The notes under the pieces were generated by a model. The model saw nothing but the letters and a program-made list of their open reading frames with translations. It searched no databases and had not been told where the DNA came from. A program made the translations under genes and the position numbers. Positions 50,214 through 59,723 of a stretch of 64,000 nt of DNA are shown one piece after another (the first letter of the stretch is position 1; each line of letters starts with the position of its first letter). Where the stretch lies: contig CAVRCF010000005.1 of assembly GCA_963719505.1 (NCBI GenBank), positions 928,001-992,000 of the forward strand, read 5' to 3'. The DNA comes from Halobacteriovoraceae bacterium (GTDB taxonomy: Bacteria > Bdellovibrionota > Bacteriovoracia > Bacteriovoracales > Bacteriovoracaceae).

Positions 50214-51809
50214 ATGTTAAATATTGCTATAAATATTGGAAGTTACTCGATAAAGTTTTTAACTTTTAAGACTGACCGCAAGAAAATTTCTTACTTATCT
50301 TCCGAAGAAGTCATTTTAGATTCCGATGAATTTAATATCATGGAAGAAGATATCGTTCTAGACCTGCAGATGAAAGTTATCTCAGATTTTGTCAGCAAGA
50401 TCGATAAAGAAGTAAAGATTATTTTAAATACAAGCAATGAAATGATTACAGAGCGCTTCATTAACTTGCCCTTAAAAAATAAAAAGAAAGCAACTCTTAT
50501 GCTTCCTTTTCAATTGGAAGAGGATATTCCTTACTCATTAAACGAGTGCAAAATTGCCAGCACACTAGAAGTAAATAAAAATGGAAGTCGCGCCCTTGTT
50601 AATATTATTAAACACGAGCACTTAAGACCATTCTTTAATAAAATGAGAGACTACTCCATAGCTCCAAGTGTTCTAACAAGTGAAATTTCTGCGATCGAGG
50701 CATTTGTCAAAGGAACAAAAGAAGTTTTACCCCAGGCATTTTGTATTCTGGATATTGGTCATATTACGACACATGCCTACTTTTTTATGGATGGTGAACT
50801 TAAAACAACTCACACCTCTTACATCGCTGGTTACTCTATCAATGAGATGATTAGTAAATCCTATGACATCTCTCTTGAAGAGGCTTCTATATACAAACAC
50901 CAAAATAGTTTTTTCTTGTCTGAGTCTCAGTATAAAGATGTCGATGAAGGGCAGAGAAATTTTGCAAAACTTATGGATGATACTTTCACTCCTTTAATGA
51001 CGGAGTTTAAACGTTGGCATATTGGTTTTCGCCTCCAGGACGGTCTTTCAATTACCGATATTTTTACAATCGGTGGATCATCAAATATAAAAAATATTTC
51101 AAGTTATATAAGTGAAAAGACTGAAATCAAAGTTGGGAAAATGAATTTCTTTACAGATTCATCCAACGAGAAGATTGATAACGACGACAAACAAAAGAGA
51201 AAGTTTGCACTTGCAAATATGGAAGCTCAAGGACTTGTTAACAAGTCTAAAATAATAAACTTTCTCACCGGTGAATATGCTATTCAGGGCGAAGCGGATA
51301 TCCCTCTCTACTCAATGGCCTTTATCTCGGCTAGAACTATTGCTCTTAGTCTTGTTATTATTTTTGGTTTTGTTATCCAAAGTATTTACCTAAGTTTAAG
51401 CTTAGATTCAGCAGATAAAAAACTTACAGGTCTAGTCAAAAACCCAATCCTCAAACTGAGTCCTAGGCAATCAAGAGGTGTAAGTCGCCAACCAGCTCCT
51501 GTCTTGGCAAAGCTTAAGAGGCAGAAAAAATCGATCGATCAAGAAATAAAAGTAATCCAGTCATCAGTTAAGACGAATGCTCTAGTTTCTCTCGAAAGAC
51601 TCTCGCATCTGACAACAGGCCTGAAGGTTGAAATCATACAGTTCCAATCTACATCCCAAGGTGACTATGTTGCAGTTTTCAAAGGTGAAGAGGATAAAGA
51701 TATAAACGACCTTAAAAATATATTAGAGTCAGCTTCTTTGCTCAATTCGGCCATTGATACAAATCTAGCAAAGAAAATACTGACCCTCAATGCAACTCAA
51801 GGTAATTAA
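50214..51809 (+). CDS. gspL: GspL / PilM-like assembly protein
   Basis: Actin-like motifs INIGSYSIK, LDIGHITT, IGGSS; single TM and periplasmic tail. Confidence 0.78.
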   Translation: MLNIAINIGSYSIKFLTFKTDRKKISYLSSEEVILDSDEFNIMEEDIVLDLQMKVISDFVSKIDKEVKIILNTSNEMITERFINLPLKNKKKATLMLPFQLEEDIPYSLNECKIASTLEVNKNGSRALVNIIKHEHLRPFFNKMRDYSIAPSVLTSEISAIEAFVKGTKEVLPQAFCILDIGHITTHAYFFMDGELKTTHTSYIAGYSINEMISKSYDISLEEASIYKHQNSFFLSESQYKDVDEGQRNFAKLMDDTFTPLMTEFKRWHIGFRLQDGLSITDIFTIGGSSNIKNISSYISEKTEIKVGKMNFFTDSSNEKIDNDDKQKRKFALANMEAQGLVNKSKIINFLTGEYAIQGEADIPLYSMAFISARTIALSLVIIFGFVIQSIYLSLSLDSADKKLTGLVKNPILKLSPRQSRGVSRQPAPVLAKLKRQKKSIDQEIKVIQSSVKTNALVSLERLSHLTTGLKVEIIQFQSTSQGDYVAVFKGEEDKDINDLKNILESASLLNSAIDTNLAKKILTLNATQGN

Positions 51810-51810
51810 G

Positions 51811-52440
51811 ATGAAACTTCCAACTCTTATGAAGTCCATTGATACTTTTCTTTTTAAACAAGTCGATAGCCTGATGCAAACGAGTGAGTTTTTAAAAATA
51901 AGTGAAAGCTATTCAAGTCTAGAAGAGAAAGCTCAAGAAGCCACTAAAGTCGTTCTTATGCTTCTAACAATCAGTGTGCCTCTCATTATTATTTTTATTT
52001 TTTATTCTTTCAATAGCTCAAAAGCACAGGAACTTGCGATTAAAGATGAACTCATAAAAACAGCGAACATCCTCATTCAAGAATCTTCTCTTGTCGCAAA
52101 CGAGGAAAGGATGAGTTTAAGTTCAACCTACATAGGTTCTGAGACAGCCCTAATGAGTGCCATAAACTCAAGCCTCTCCCTCATTGCTATTGAAAGTGAA
52201 AAAGTTCAGCTCAGTGGTTATAGTATTGAAGAGTTGGATGGACTGATCACAAAAATAAATGCTGATTTATCCTTTAAAGGACTTACTAGTGAAGGTCTCT
52301 TTGCTCTTTTAAACAGCCTAAACTCAAAATTTAAAATTCGCATGGATGAAGTTACAATTCGTAAAAATGAAGAGTCAAACAGTCTTGATGGAGTAATCGC
52401 GATGAATTATTACAGTAAAGACAATACCCTAGATGAATAA
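51811..52440 (+). CDS. GspM-like protein
   Basis: Single TM after YSSLEEK; between gspL and gspN. Confidence 0.6.
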   Translation: MKLPTLMKSIDTFLFKQVDSLMQTSEFLKISESYSSLEEKAQEATKVVLMLLTISVPLIIIFIFYSFNSSKAQELAIKDELIKTANILIQESSLVANEERMSLSSTYIGSETALMSAINSSLSLIAIESEKVQLSGYSIEELDGLITKINADLSFKGLTSEGLFALLNSLNSKFKIRMDEVTIRKNEESNSLDGVIAMNYYSKDNTLDE

Positions 52441-53363
52441 TGAATAGAGACCAACAAACAGAAATTGATTACACTTATCCACGACACGGAATACTGAAGT
52501 GGACACTTGCTCTAGCGGTAGTTTTTTGTTTCACCCTCTTTAGCTATTTTCCTATAAGTTCAAAAGCTAAAAAAATGATTAAGGATCAAGTCACCTCTAT
52601 TCCTTCGTGCCCGATAAAGTATGATGAGTTAGAGTCTGAACTTTTTATGCCAAAGTTTATTATGACAAATGTCACTATTCCGGCAAGGTGCTTCAACCCA
52701 AGAAATTTTAGTGGACCTGCTATAAAACTAGAGAAAGTTATTCTTCATGCTAGAGGTCTCAGCTTTTCACCCTTTGGCCCCCATTTCTTGCTTGAAACAA
52801 AGCTTCAGGATAATCAAATTGAAGCCTACTTTACCGTGGGCCTCGGTGGCCTCTCTCTCAATATAAGAGAGAATGTCTTAGACACTTCAATCATTTCCTT
52901 GTTTGCTCCAGATATAAAAGTTATGGGGAAGATTAAAACTGATATGCTTGTTCAGATCTCAAACGATGGTGTTATAAAAGATTTGAAACTCAATATTAGA
53001 TCGAATGATTTAGTTGTTCCTCCCCAAAAGATTAAAAGCTTTGTTCTCCCTACTCTAAAGTTCAATGATTTACTTATTCAAGCCATTAGTGAAGATAAGA
53101 AACTTATCGTAAAGAATATTATCCTTGGAGACAATGACTCTCCAGTAAGGTCTAACTTCACAGGGCATATTAATATGTCTCCAGCAGGATTTATGAGGTC
53201 GACTCTTGATCTTAATGGAGAATTAAGACTTTCAGACGAACTTTTGAAAAACTATTCTTTTTTGAAAATTCCCCTCGCTCAATTTAATAAGAAAGATGAT
53301 TTTTATCAAATTAGTATAAAAGGTCCTATAACAAGTCCTTCAACAAGCTCCCCTTTACAATGA
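52440..53363 (+). CDS. gspN: GspN-like protein
   Basis: N-terminal TM ending YFP; beta-rich body; last gene of the gsp cluster. Confidence 0.65.
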   Translation: MNRDQQTEIDYTYPRHGILKWTLALAVVFCFTLFSYFPISSKAKKMIKDQVTSIPSCPIKYDELESELFMPKFIMTNVTIPARCFNPRNFSGPAIKLEKVILHARGLSFSPFGPHFLLETKLQDNQIEAYFTVGLGGLSLNIRENVLDTSIISLFAPDIKVMGKIKTDMLVQISNDGVIKDLKLNIRSNDLVVPPQKIKSFVLPTLKFNDLLIQAISEDKKLIVKNIILGDNDSPVRSNFTGHINMSPAGFMRSTLDLNGELRLSDELLKNYSFLKIPLAQFNKKDDFYQISIKGPITSPSTSSPLQ

Positions 53364-54250
53364 AAGACAGTCTCTACATCAGTGACAAACTCAAGGCCCA
53401 TCTTAATCTTTTTAAAATTAGTCATTCTTTTCACGGGATCTTAGAATATGCTCTCTTTCCTGCCGGAAAGTTATTTCGCTCTAAGCTCATTTATGCTTTA
53501 GCTTCCGATCTAAACTCTCACTCTCCAGATCACGAATATTTTGCAAGCGCTGTGGAGATGCATCACACTTATACACTTATTCACGATGATCTCCCTGCGA
53601 TGGATGACGATGACTATCGCAGAGGCCGCCTCTCTACCCACAAGAAGTTTGGCCAGGCAAATGCGATCTTAGCAGGAGATGCTCTTTTGGGGATGTCTTA
53701 TGGCCTCTTATCAAATATAAAAGGCCCTATTCTTTCGGAGCTCTTAGAACTTTTTCACCTTAAAACTGGGCAGCAAGGACTGATACTGGGCCAAGTATTA
53801 GACTTAGAGGGCTCAACAAAAAGTCTTGAAGATATTATTACTATTCATAAGTTAAAGACGGCTAGACTCATTCAACTCTCATTAAGCGGCGCGAATCTCC
53901 TCAGTAAAAAGTCTGCTCATAAAGAACAGCTGGAAGCATTTGGTGAATCTTTGGGAATCACCTTCCAACTTTTAGACGATTTATGTGAATTGGCCGCACC
54001 TCTTTCACCTCACGAGTCTGAGATTAATCCTTTTGTTCTTTTTGGACAAGAAGTTGTGTTTGATAAACTTAAAGAAAATATGAAAGTTATTCAGTTGTAT
54101 TTAAAAAATAATAACCTTCAAAATCTTGAGTCTGTTATTGAGAAATATTATGAGAAGATTAAAAGTCTTTTAGTCGATGGCCAAAACAGTATATTGAAAT
54201 CTATTAAGCTTGAACATCTCAATGAAATCTTAAGCCTTACCAGTTTCTAG
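53360..54250 (+). CDS. ispA: Polyprenyl (farnesyl/geranylgeranyl) diphosphate synthase
   Basis: GKLFR, LIHDDLPAMDDDDYRRG, GQVLD, KTA, FQLLDD. Confidence 0.9.
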   Translation: MKDSLYISDKLKAHLNLFKISHSFHGILEYALFPAGKLFRSKLIYALASDLNSHSPDHEYFASAVEMHHTYTLIHDDLPAMDDDDYRRGRLSTHKKFGQANAILAGDALLGMSYGLLSNIKGPILSELLELFHLKTGQQGLILGQVLDLEGSTKSLEDIITIHKLKTARLIQLSLSGANLLSKKSAHKEQLEAFGESLGITFQLLDDLCELAAPLSPHESEINPFVLFGQEVVFDKLKENMKVIQLYLKNNNLQNLESVIEKYYEKIKSLLVDGQNSILKSIKLEHLNEILSLTSF

Positions 54251-54743
54251 AATCTACAATTTGATCAATCCTACCCAGTACATGTGATAATTTTTTCTTC
54301 GCTGTCACTAGATTTAGAATATCTTTGTCACTTAGGTTAGAAGTTTTGAATTTCTCTTGAGAGCTATCTAAAGAGAGCGTTTGTTCAGATTGGTTGGGCT
54401 TTGTGTGAGAGACAATAATATTTTCCAATGCGGCTTTTAAATCTTGCGACTGATCGGCCAATGGAGTGACCGCGTCCAAATCAATTTTATCTACCGATTT
54501 TTCTAATTCAAATTTTGCCTCGGGAATTGACATTTTTTCGTTGAATAGTAGGTTTTTAATTTTTTCAATTAATTCAATATCACTTTGAGTATAGCTTTTT
54601 GAGCCATCTTCAAGGTACTTTGGATTAATTCCTTCGAATTCAGTTTCCCAAAATCTCAAAACATACGGCTTTACACTTGTGATTGAAGTCACTTCGTTAA
54701 ATTTATATGAGTCTTTTTTTGGAATACCGATATCAAAGTTCAT
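54237..54743 (-). CDS. MerR-family regulator (ihfA-associated type)
   Basis: VKPYVLRFWETEF, YTQSDIELIEKIKNLL; directly after ihfA. Confidence 0.88.
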   Translation of the reverse strand: MNFDIGIPKKDSYKFNEVTSITSVKPYVLRFWETEFEGINPKYLEDGSKSYTQSDIELIEKIKNLLFNEKMSIPEAKFELEKSVDKIDLDAVTPLADQSQDLKAALENIIVSHTKPNQSEQTLSLDSSQEKFKTSNLSDKDILNLVTAKKKLSHVLGRIDQIVDSRNW

Positions 54744-54759
54744 AAAATATCCTTTGTTT

Positions 54760-55161
54760 TTAGAGGTCTTCTTCAGGAAGATCAACACTTCCAATAAAAG
54801 AACTTAATGCACGAGGCTTAGTATCTTTAGGAGCCTGAGTTTTGTCCTCTTTACCTTTATCATCGAGCCTATGCTGAAACCTATCAGTTATATCTTCTTT
54901 AAGAATTTGAGAGGGTTTAAACGTCAATACACGCCTTGCTGATATGTTCATCGCGTCCCCAGTTTGAGGGTTTCGACCAACTCTTGTCGCTTTATCTCTT
55001 ATGGAGAAATTTCCAAATCCAGAAATTTTTACTTTCTCACCACGAGCCAGGGTGTCTTTGATAACTTTAAAAACAAGATCAACAAGATCACTAGCTTCCT
55101 TTTTAGAAAACCCAGCTTCCTTGTAGACTCGTTCAACGATATCTGCTTTTGTAACGCTCAT
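54760..55161 (-). CDS. ihfA: Integration host factor alpha
   Basis: TKADIVE, VKISGFGNF, GRNPQTG, ARRVLTFKPS. Confidence 0.93.
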   Translation of the reverse strand: MSVTKADIVERVYKEAGFSKKEASDLVDLVFKVIKDTLARGEKVKISGFGNFSIRDKATRVGRNPQTGDAMNISARRVLTFKPSQILKEDITDRFQHRLDDKGKEDKTQAPKDTKPRALSSFIGSVDLPEEDL

Positions 55162-55203
55162 TTCAATCCTCCATGATTAGGCGTAATATAACCTTATAAT
55201 AAT

Positions 55204-55232
55204 AGGTTAGCAGACATATTAATTTCGTGCAA
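55204..55232 (-). promoter_or_regulatory. sigma70-type promoter of ihfA
   Basis: Minus strand TTGCAC-17 bp-TAACCT with extended TG. Confidence 0.55.
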
Positions 55233-55270
55233 AAAAAAACTCCCGATTTTCAATAAAAAATCGGGAGTTT
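55231..55270 (-). terminator. Terminator after rplT
   Basis: AAACTCCCGATTTT / AAAATCGGGAGTTT inverted repeat with U-tail on the minus strand. Confidence 0.85.
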
Positions 55271-55296
55271 ACGTATCTTTTTAATTTATACTATAC

Positions 55297-55641
55297 TTAT
55301 TTGATCGAGTTAAACACGGCTTTGAATCCGTCCATATCTCTTGCAGCTAATTCAGAAAGCATCTTTCTGTTTATCTGAATATCACTCTTCTTAAGAGCAT
55401 TCATAAACTTCGAGTATGACATACCTAATGACTTAGATGCAGCGTTAATACGAACAATCCAAAGTCTTCTCATATCTCTTTTAAGAAGCCTTCTTCCTTT
55501 ATACATATTGTGAAGAGCACGCTTAACAGTTTCAACTGTATGCTTATACTTAGTTCTTCTGTCGAAGTGGTATCCCTTCGCTAATTTAAAAATCTTGTTT
55601 CTTCTTCTTCTTGCTTTAAAACCACGTTTTACTCTAGCCAT
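55297..55641 (-). CDS. rplT: 50S ribosomal protein L20
   Basis: MARVKRG, RLWIVRINAA, INRKMLSELA. Confidence 0.97.
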   Translation of the reverse strand: MARVKRGFKARRRRNKIFKLAKGYHFDRRTKYKHTVETVKRALHNMYKGRRLLKRDMRRLWIVRINAASKSLGMSYSKFMNALKKSDIQINRKMLSELAARDMDGFKAVFNSIK

Positions 55642-55716
55642 CTTGTTCTCCTGATGAACGGTAGGAGGGAAAAATATCCACTTAGGTCCCTACAATTATA
55701 CAATTATTATTTTATT

Positions 55717-55917
55717 TTACGCTAAATATGGGGCACATTTTAACATGTTCTGCCCATCTGTAGAGTTTAAATATCCTGCTTTTCTAGCATTTCTTTTATT
55801 CTTTTGTTTTTTCTTCGTAAGGATGTGGCGAAGGTTAGCCTTCTTAATCTTTACTTTTCCACTTGCTGTAACACTAATTCTTTTCGCAACAGCTCTTCTT
55901 GTCTTCATTTTTGGCAT
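55717..55917 (-). CDS. rpmI: 50S ribosomal protein L35
   Basis: MPKMKTRRAVAKR..TASGK, RHILTKK. Confidence 0.96.
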   Translation of the reverse strand: MPKMKTRRAVAKRISVTASGKVKIKKANLRHILTKKKQKNKRNARKAGYLNSTDGQNMLKCAPYLA

Positions 55918-56172
55918 ATATTACTCCTGAAACATTATCTATATTCTTAAATACACAAATTTTTGAATGATATAACTATCACGCTGTTTCCAAATGTAAA
56001 AGTCTTTTTTAACAATAATGGGGCAAAATCCACAGGTTTTACTGAGGTGCGAAGAAAAAACATGCAAAAAGATAAAACTCACCACAACTCTATGCACAAC
56101 AACATTCGACTCTCACTCGCCTATGGCCAGCCCTAATGAGCTCCCTTTCTGGGAAGCAAGGAACATCAATCC

Positions 56173-56508
56173 CTACATAGATTTAGGAAATTTAACGACG
56201 AGTTCATCGTTTAAGAACTTTGATTTAATATCTTGGGGATTAATACTTTTTGGAAGAACAAAAGTTCTCTGGAAAGAGTTAAAGTTGGGCTCGGGATCAT
56301 TTATAATCTTAGTCCTTTCACCTCTAATCGTAAGTGTATTATCGACTAATTTTAGTTCAACCTCTCGAGAGCAAAACTGAGGAAGAATAGCTTTAATAAC
56401 AAACTCACTTTCGTTGAAGATCTCAAAAGATGGGACGACCGGAACTCCCTTCACAGCAAGATGCGAATTCCTATAAACTTCCCACGATTTATCACTAACT
56501 TTATTCAT
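56173..56508 (-). CDS. Hsp20/alpha-crystallin family protein
   Basis: LTIRGER, FQRTFVLP, LVVKFPK; AGGAGGAG RBS before MNKVSD. Confidence 0.85.
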   Translation of the reverse strand: MNKVSDKSWEVYRNSHLAVKGVPVVPSFEIFNESEFVIKAILPQFCSREVELKLVDNTLTIRGERTKIINDPEPNFNSFQRTFVLPKSINPQDIKSKFLNDELVVKFPKSM

Positions 56509-56590
56509 AACTCTCCTCCTAAGACTTTCCTTATTTTCCCAGAGAATTAGAGTTTTACATAATGAATAAATGTTCAATGATCGCCCAAGA

Positions 56591-56612
56591 AATGTGTAGA
56601 TTGCTACACATT
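56591..56612. promoter_or_regulatory. Perfect inverted repeat, candidate transcription-factor site
   Basis: AATGTGTAG-ATTG-CTACACATT upstream of hsp20. Confidence 0.6.
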
Positions 56613-56840
56613 AGCTTAAAGAAAATTGGTTTAATTTTTATGAATAACTGAAAGCTAATGTATTGAAAAGTGGTTTAACCTATATAAAATTAGCATCTTA
56701 GAGTAAAAAACGATGTGGATAACTTAAATTTATTTGTTCATAAGGTTCTACACATTTCAAAGCATGAAACGAGACTGTCAAGAACTCTCTTAAAAAATTA
56801 TAAGCTTATTTTGTCTTAAGGAATTAATGGCTTGGGTGAG

Positions 56841-57395
56841 TTATTTCTTCTTGCTTGGCGCAATCATGCTAATCGCACGGTTCCCCATCATCTTTAATGG
56901 TGACTCGATTACACAATCTGTCTCTTCTACAACTCCAGCAATGATTTCTCTAAATTTATCGAGACCAATATGTTTATGGGCCATTTCACGACCACGAAAT
57001 TGCATAAGCATTTTGACCTTATCTCCGTTACCTAAAAATTTATAAACGTTTTTAAGTTTCACTTCTAAATCATGAGAATCGATTGCGGGTCTAAACTTAA
57101 CTTCTTTTACCTGAATTACAACTTGTTTCTTCTTGGCTTCAGAGGCTTTCTTTTGCTGTTGATACTTGAACTTACCATAATCAATAAGCTTAACAACCGG
57201 TGGCTTAGCATTAGGAGAAACTTCAACTAGATCGAGACCTAGTTCATTAGCTATCTCTGTTGCACGACTAAGAGAAACGACTCCATATTGGTGAGCATCA
57301 TCACCTATCAGACGCATTTCAGGGAGTCTGATTTGTTCGTTAACTTTCGGTCCTTGTTGTTTAGGACTTCTTCCTCTGTTGTTGTTACCAGCTAT
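56841..57395 (-). CDS. infC: Translation initiation factor IF-3 (ATA start)
   Basis: NEQIR, LDLVEVSPNAKPPV, DYGKFKY, KEVKFRP, FRGRE; GGAGG lies 6 nt before the in-frame ATA at 57395. Confidence 0.95.
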   Translation of the reverse strand: MAGNNNRGRSPKQQGPKVNEQIRLPEMRLIGDDAHQYGVVSLSRATEIANELGLDLVEVSPNAKPPVVKLIDYGKFKYQQQKKASEAKKKQVVIQVKEVKFRPAIDSHDLEVKLKNVYKFLGNGDKVKMLMQFRGREMAHKHIGLDKFREIIAGVVEETDCVIESPLKMMGNRAISMIAPSKKK

Positions 57396-57537
57396 GGGAT
57401 ACCTCCGGGTATTCATTAATATTAATTTTTGGCTTGGTATAAATACCATTAACTACTTAAATTACCAAATATATTGTACTCAAATTTAGGCACTTAGGAT
57501 AGCATAATTACGCACTTTAACGCTATGAATCACAACC

Positions 57538-57942
57538 TTAAAATTGAACGATAATTTGGGAGACCGAATCATCAATCCTCAACTTCCAGGCCTGGCTCTC
57601 TTTGGGTACGATCAATAGGAGTGAGGTAAATAACTCGTTCCAATCCTCACCTGCCGCAATAGTATGCTCTGTAAAGTTCGACTCTGTGTAGTCTCGATAC
57701 GAGAGCTTCTCGAAGATACTTTGCTCGAAACCCGTAATAAGTCTGCCAATCAGAACCGATTTTTGTGCAAAGCCATGAACTCTTGGGTTATCTCGAAACT
57801 CTAAAATAATATCGCTAGAGTCAAAATCGAGCTTTGCTGAGTCTATAATAAGAGGATCAATTCTCGCTAAAGCTTTCGCTATATCAAGGTCAGAAACCCT
57901 CTGTTCGACAAAGAGAAATCTTTGGTTTCCTAAAAATTCCAT
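57538..57942 (-). CDS. Hypothetical protein
   Basis: 134-aa ORF coupled (TAATG) to plsB. Confidence 0.65.
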   Translation of the reverse strand: MEFLGNQRFLFVEQRVSDLDIAKALARIDPLIIDSAKLDFDSSDIILEFRDNPRVHGFAQKSVLIGRLITGFEQSIFEKLSYRDYTESNFTEHTIAAGEDWNELFTSLLLIVPKESQAWKLRIDDSVSQIIVQF

Positions 57943-59708
57943 TATAGGTCGTCCTGGCTAAATTTTAAATTGATGGCGATTTGATCGTTGATATCTTTGG
58001 CGAACTTCTCAATAGAGTGGTTTACCTTTCCAATATCCAACACTTCATACAAACCTTTTTCTTTGTCTAGAGAAATAACATTTGATTTCTCAAAATAAAG
58101 AAGAGTTGTTTTTAATTTCGGAACCGTATAACTTTCAGGATACTGAACAACTCTTCCGTGTTCCTTTTCCATATTGAATAGCTCTTTTGATACTTGTAGG
58201 AATTCTTCTTCCGTAAAAGAATTTGAAGCCAAATACTTTATCGTAATAGCGCTTATATAATAAGCTTCATAAATATAGCTGAAAGCTGTTGAGAAACGCC
58301 TCACAGAACTGGCCACTTTGTATAATTTTTCACTTGGAAAAGCTAGAGCTTCATCCAGTCGATCAATCTTACTGCCTACCGCGAACTCAACCACTTTTAA
58401 AGCTTCTGATATCATCTCTTTTGTTGTGGGGAGATAAAATTCATATTTTAGTTCTTTTCTTTTTTTCAATAGGTACTTTGTTAATCCATATTTGTTTTTA
58501 ATATTCCCATTAAAAATATTAAACCAAGTGGCATTGATAACACCTGCGACAAGGAAGTGATGGAGAATCATATTTTTGTGATAAAGAAGGTGACTTCGAC
58601 TCTCATCATTTAATGTATAAAAAATTTGATTGAGCTTTTTCTTTTGGATTACTTCAACTTTTTTATTATTGATAAACATATCCATAGCACTTTTTAAAAC
58701 CTGAGAATACTCTTTCTCACTTAGAGACTCCGTCACAGGAATTTTCATATATTCACAATAGTTGAGAATATCAACAGCGCCATTTTCAATTTGCTTCCAC
58801 GTCAATGCGCCCGCTGGGTGATCAAGAAGAATCATGGCCAAAAGAGAGGAAGGTGTTACCGGCATCCCTTTACCAACAGCACGAAAGCACTTAAAAGCGA
58901 GGTCTTGCGTATCAGTTTTTAGGTCTTTGATATCATCGACAACAATACCTTCTCCAAAATTAACATGGACTGTTCCCATTTTTTTGTTAAAAAGTTTGAA
59001 AACTTTAAAGAGCTGAGTAGAGTTTTCTTTCTGCTTCTTTTTTCCCGCAAGTTCCTTAACATGTGCCTTCTCTTCTGGGATCATCTCGTGGGCAATTGAC
59101 ACGGGAATAAACATCAAAGGCTTCTTGTCGTCAAACTTAGTATGGGCGTCTAGCAACATGCTAAAAAGCCCATATTTTGGAGGAAGTAATTTACCCGTTC
59201 TCGTTCTTCCTCCTTCGAAGAAGAACTCCACAACTTTGTTCGATTTTAAAAGAAAGTATATATAGCCCTGAAAGGCTATTTTATAACAATGATCATCAAA
59301 CTTTCTTCTTATAAAGAAGGCTCCACATCTTTTAAAGAGATCCCCAAGAGGAAAAATATTGAGGTTGATTCCAGCTGCAATATAGACGGGAATTTTATCA
59401 TGTTTATAAAGAATGTATTGAAGAGCAATATAATCAGCGTGAGATTGGTGGTTAGGAACAAGCACGACATGATAGTCTTTTTGCTTTTCGCGAATATCAA
59501 AATTCTCAGGAAGATTGAGATTAACTCCGTCGTAGAGTTTTAAAAAAGTCTTATCCAAAAAAGATGCGGTTGCACCAACGACGCCCGTTCGATAATCACC
59601 CTTGATCTCATCGACCATTTTTAAAATTTTGTCTTTATCTTCTGGGTTTGTCTCGAGATGACGACGTACTTTTTCATACGAGAGAACCACTTCATATACT
59701 TCGTTCAA
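57942..59708 (-). CDS. plsB: Glycerol-3-phosphate O-acyltransferase (PlsB/GPAT family)
   Basis: PNHQSHADY, AAGINL, GAFFIRR, FFFEGGRTRTGK. Confidence 0.85.
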   Translation of the reverse strand: MNEVYEVVLSYEKVRRHLETNPEDKDKILKMVDEIKGDYRTGVVGATASFLDKTFLKLYDGVNLNLPENFDIREKQKDYHVVLVPNHQSHADYIALQYILYKHDKIPVYIAAGINLNIFPLGDLFKRCGAFFIRRKFDDHCYKIAFQGYIYFLLKSNKVVEFFFEGGRTRTGKLLPPKYGLFSMLLDAHTKFDDKKPLMFIPVSIAHEMIPEEKAHVKELAGKKKQKENSTQLFKVFKLFNKKMGTVHVNFGEGIVVDDIKDLKTDTQDLAFKCFRAVGKGMPVTPSSLLAMILLDHPAGALTWKQIENGAVDILNYCEYMKIPVTESLSEKEYSQVLKSAMDMFINNKKVEVIQKKKLNQIFYTLNDESRSHLLYHKNMILHHFLVAGVINATWFNIFNGNIKNKYGLTKYLLKKRKELKYEFYLPTTKEMISEALKVVEFAVGSKIDRLDEALAFPSEKLYKVASSVRRFSTAFSYIYEAYYISAITIKYLASNSFTEEEFLQVSKELFNMEKEHGRVVQYPESYTVPKLKTTLLYFEKSNVISLDKEKGLYEVLDIGKVNHSIEKFAKDINDQIAINLKFSQDDL

Positions 59709-59723
59709 AAGAATAACCTCTTC

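Noticed and set aside
46258..52440. Type IV pilus or Tad cluster
   Set aside because: Gene order C-D-E-F-G-H-I-J-K-L-M-N and the GspG motifs match T2SS; no pilT.
55642..55716. L20-binding RNA in the rpmI-rplT spacer
   Set aside because: Only a short GTAGG/CCTAC pairing; too weak without covariation data.
56018..56380. 120-aa plus-strand ORF
   Set aside because: Largely antisense to hsp20; no RBS or recognisable motif.
56501..56840. oriC
   Set aside because: No dnaA, dnaN, gidA or parAB context and only one perfect box; kept only as a regulatory candidate.
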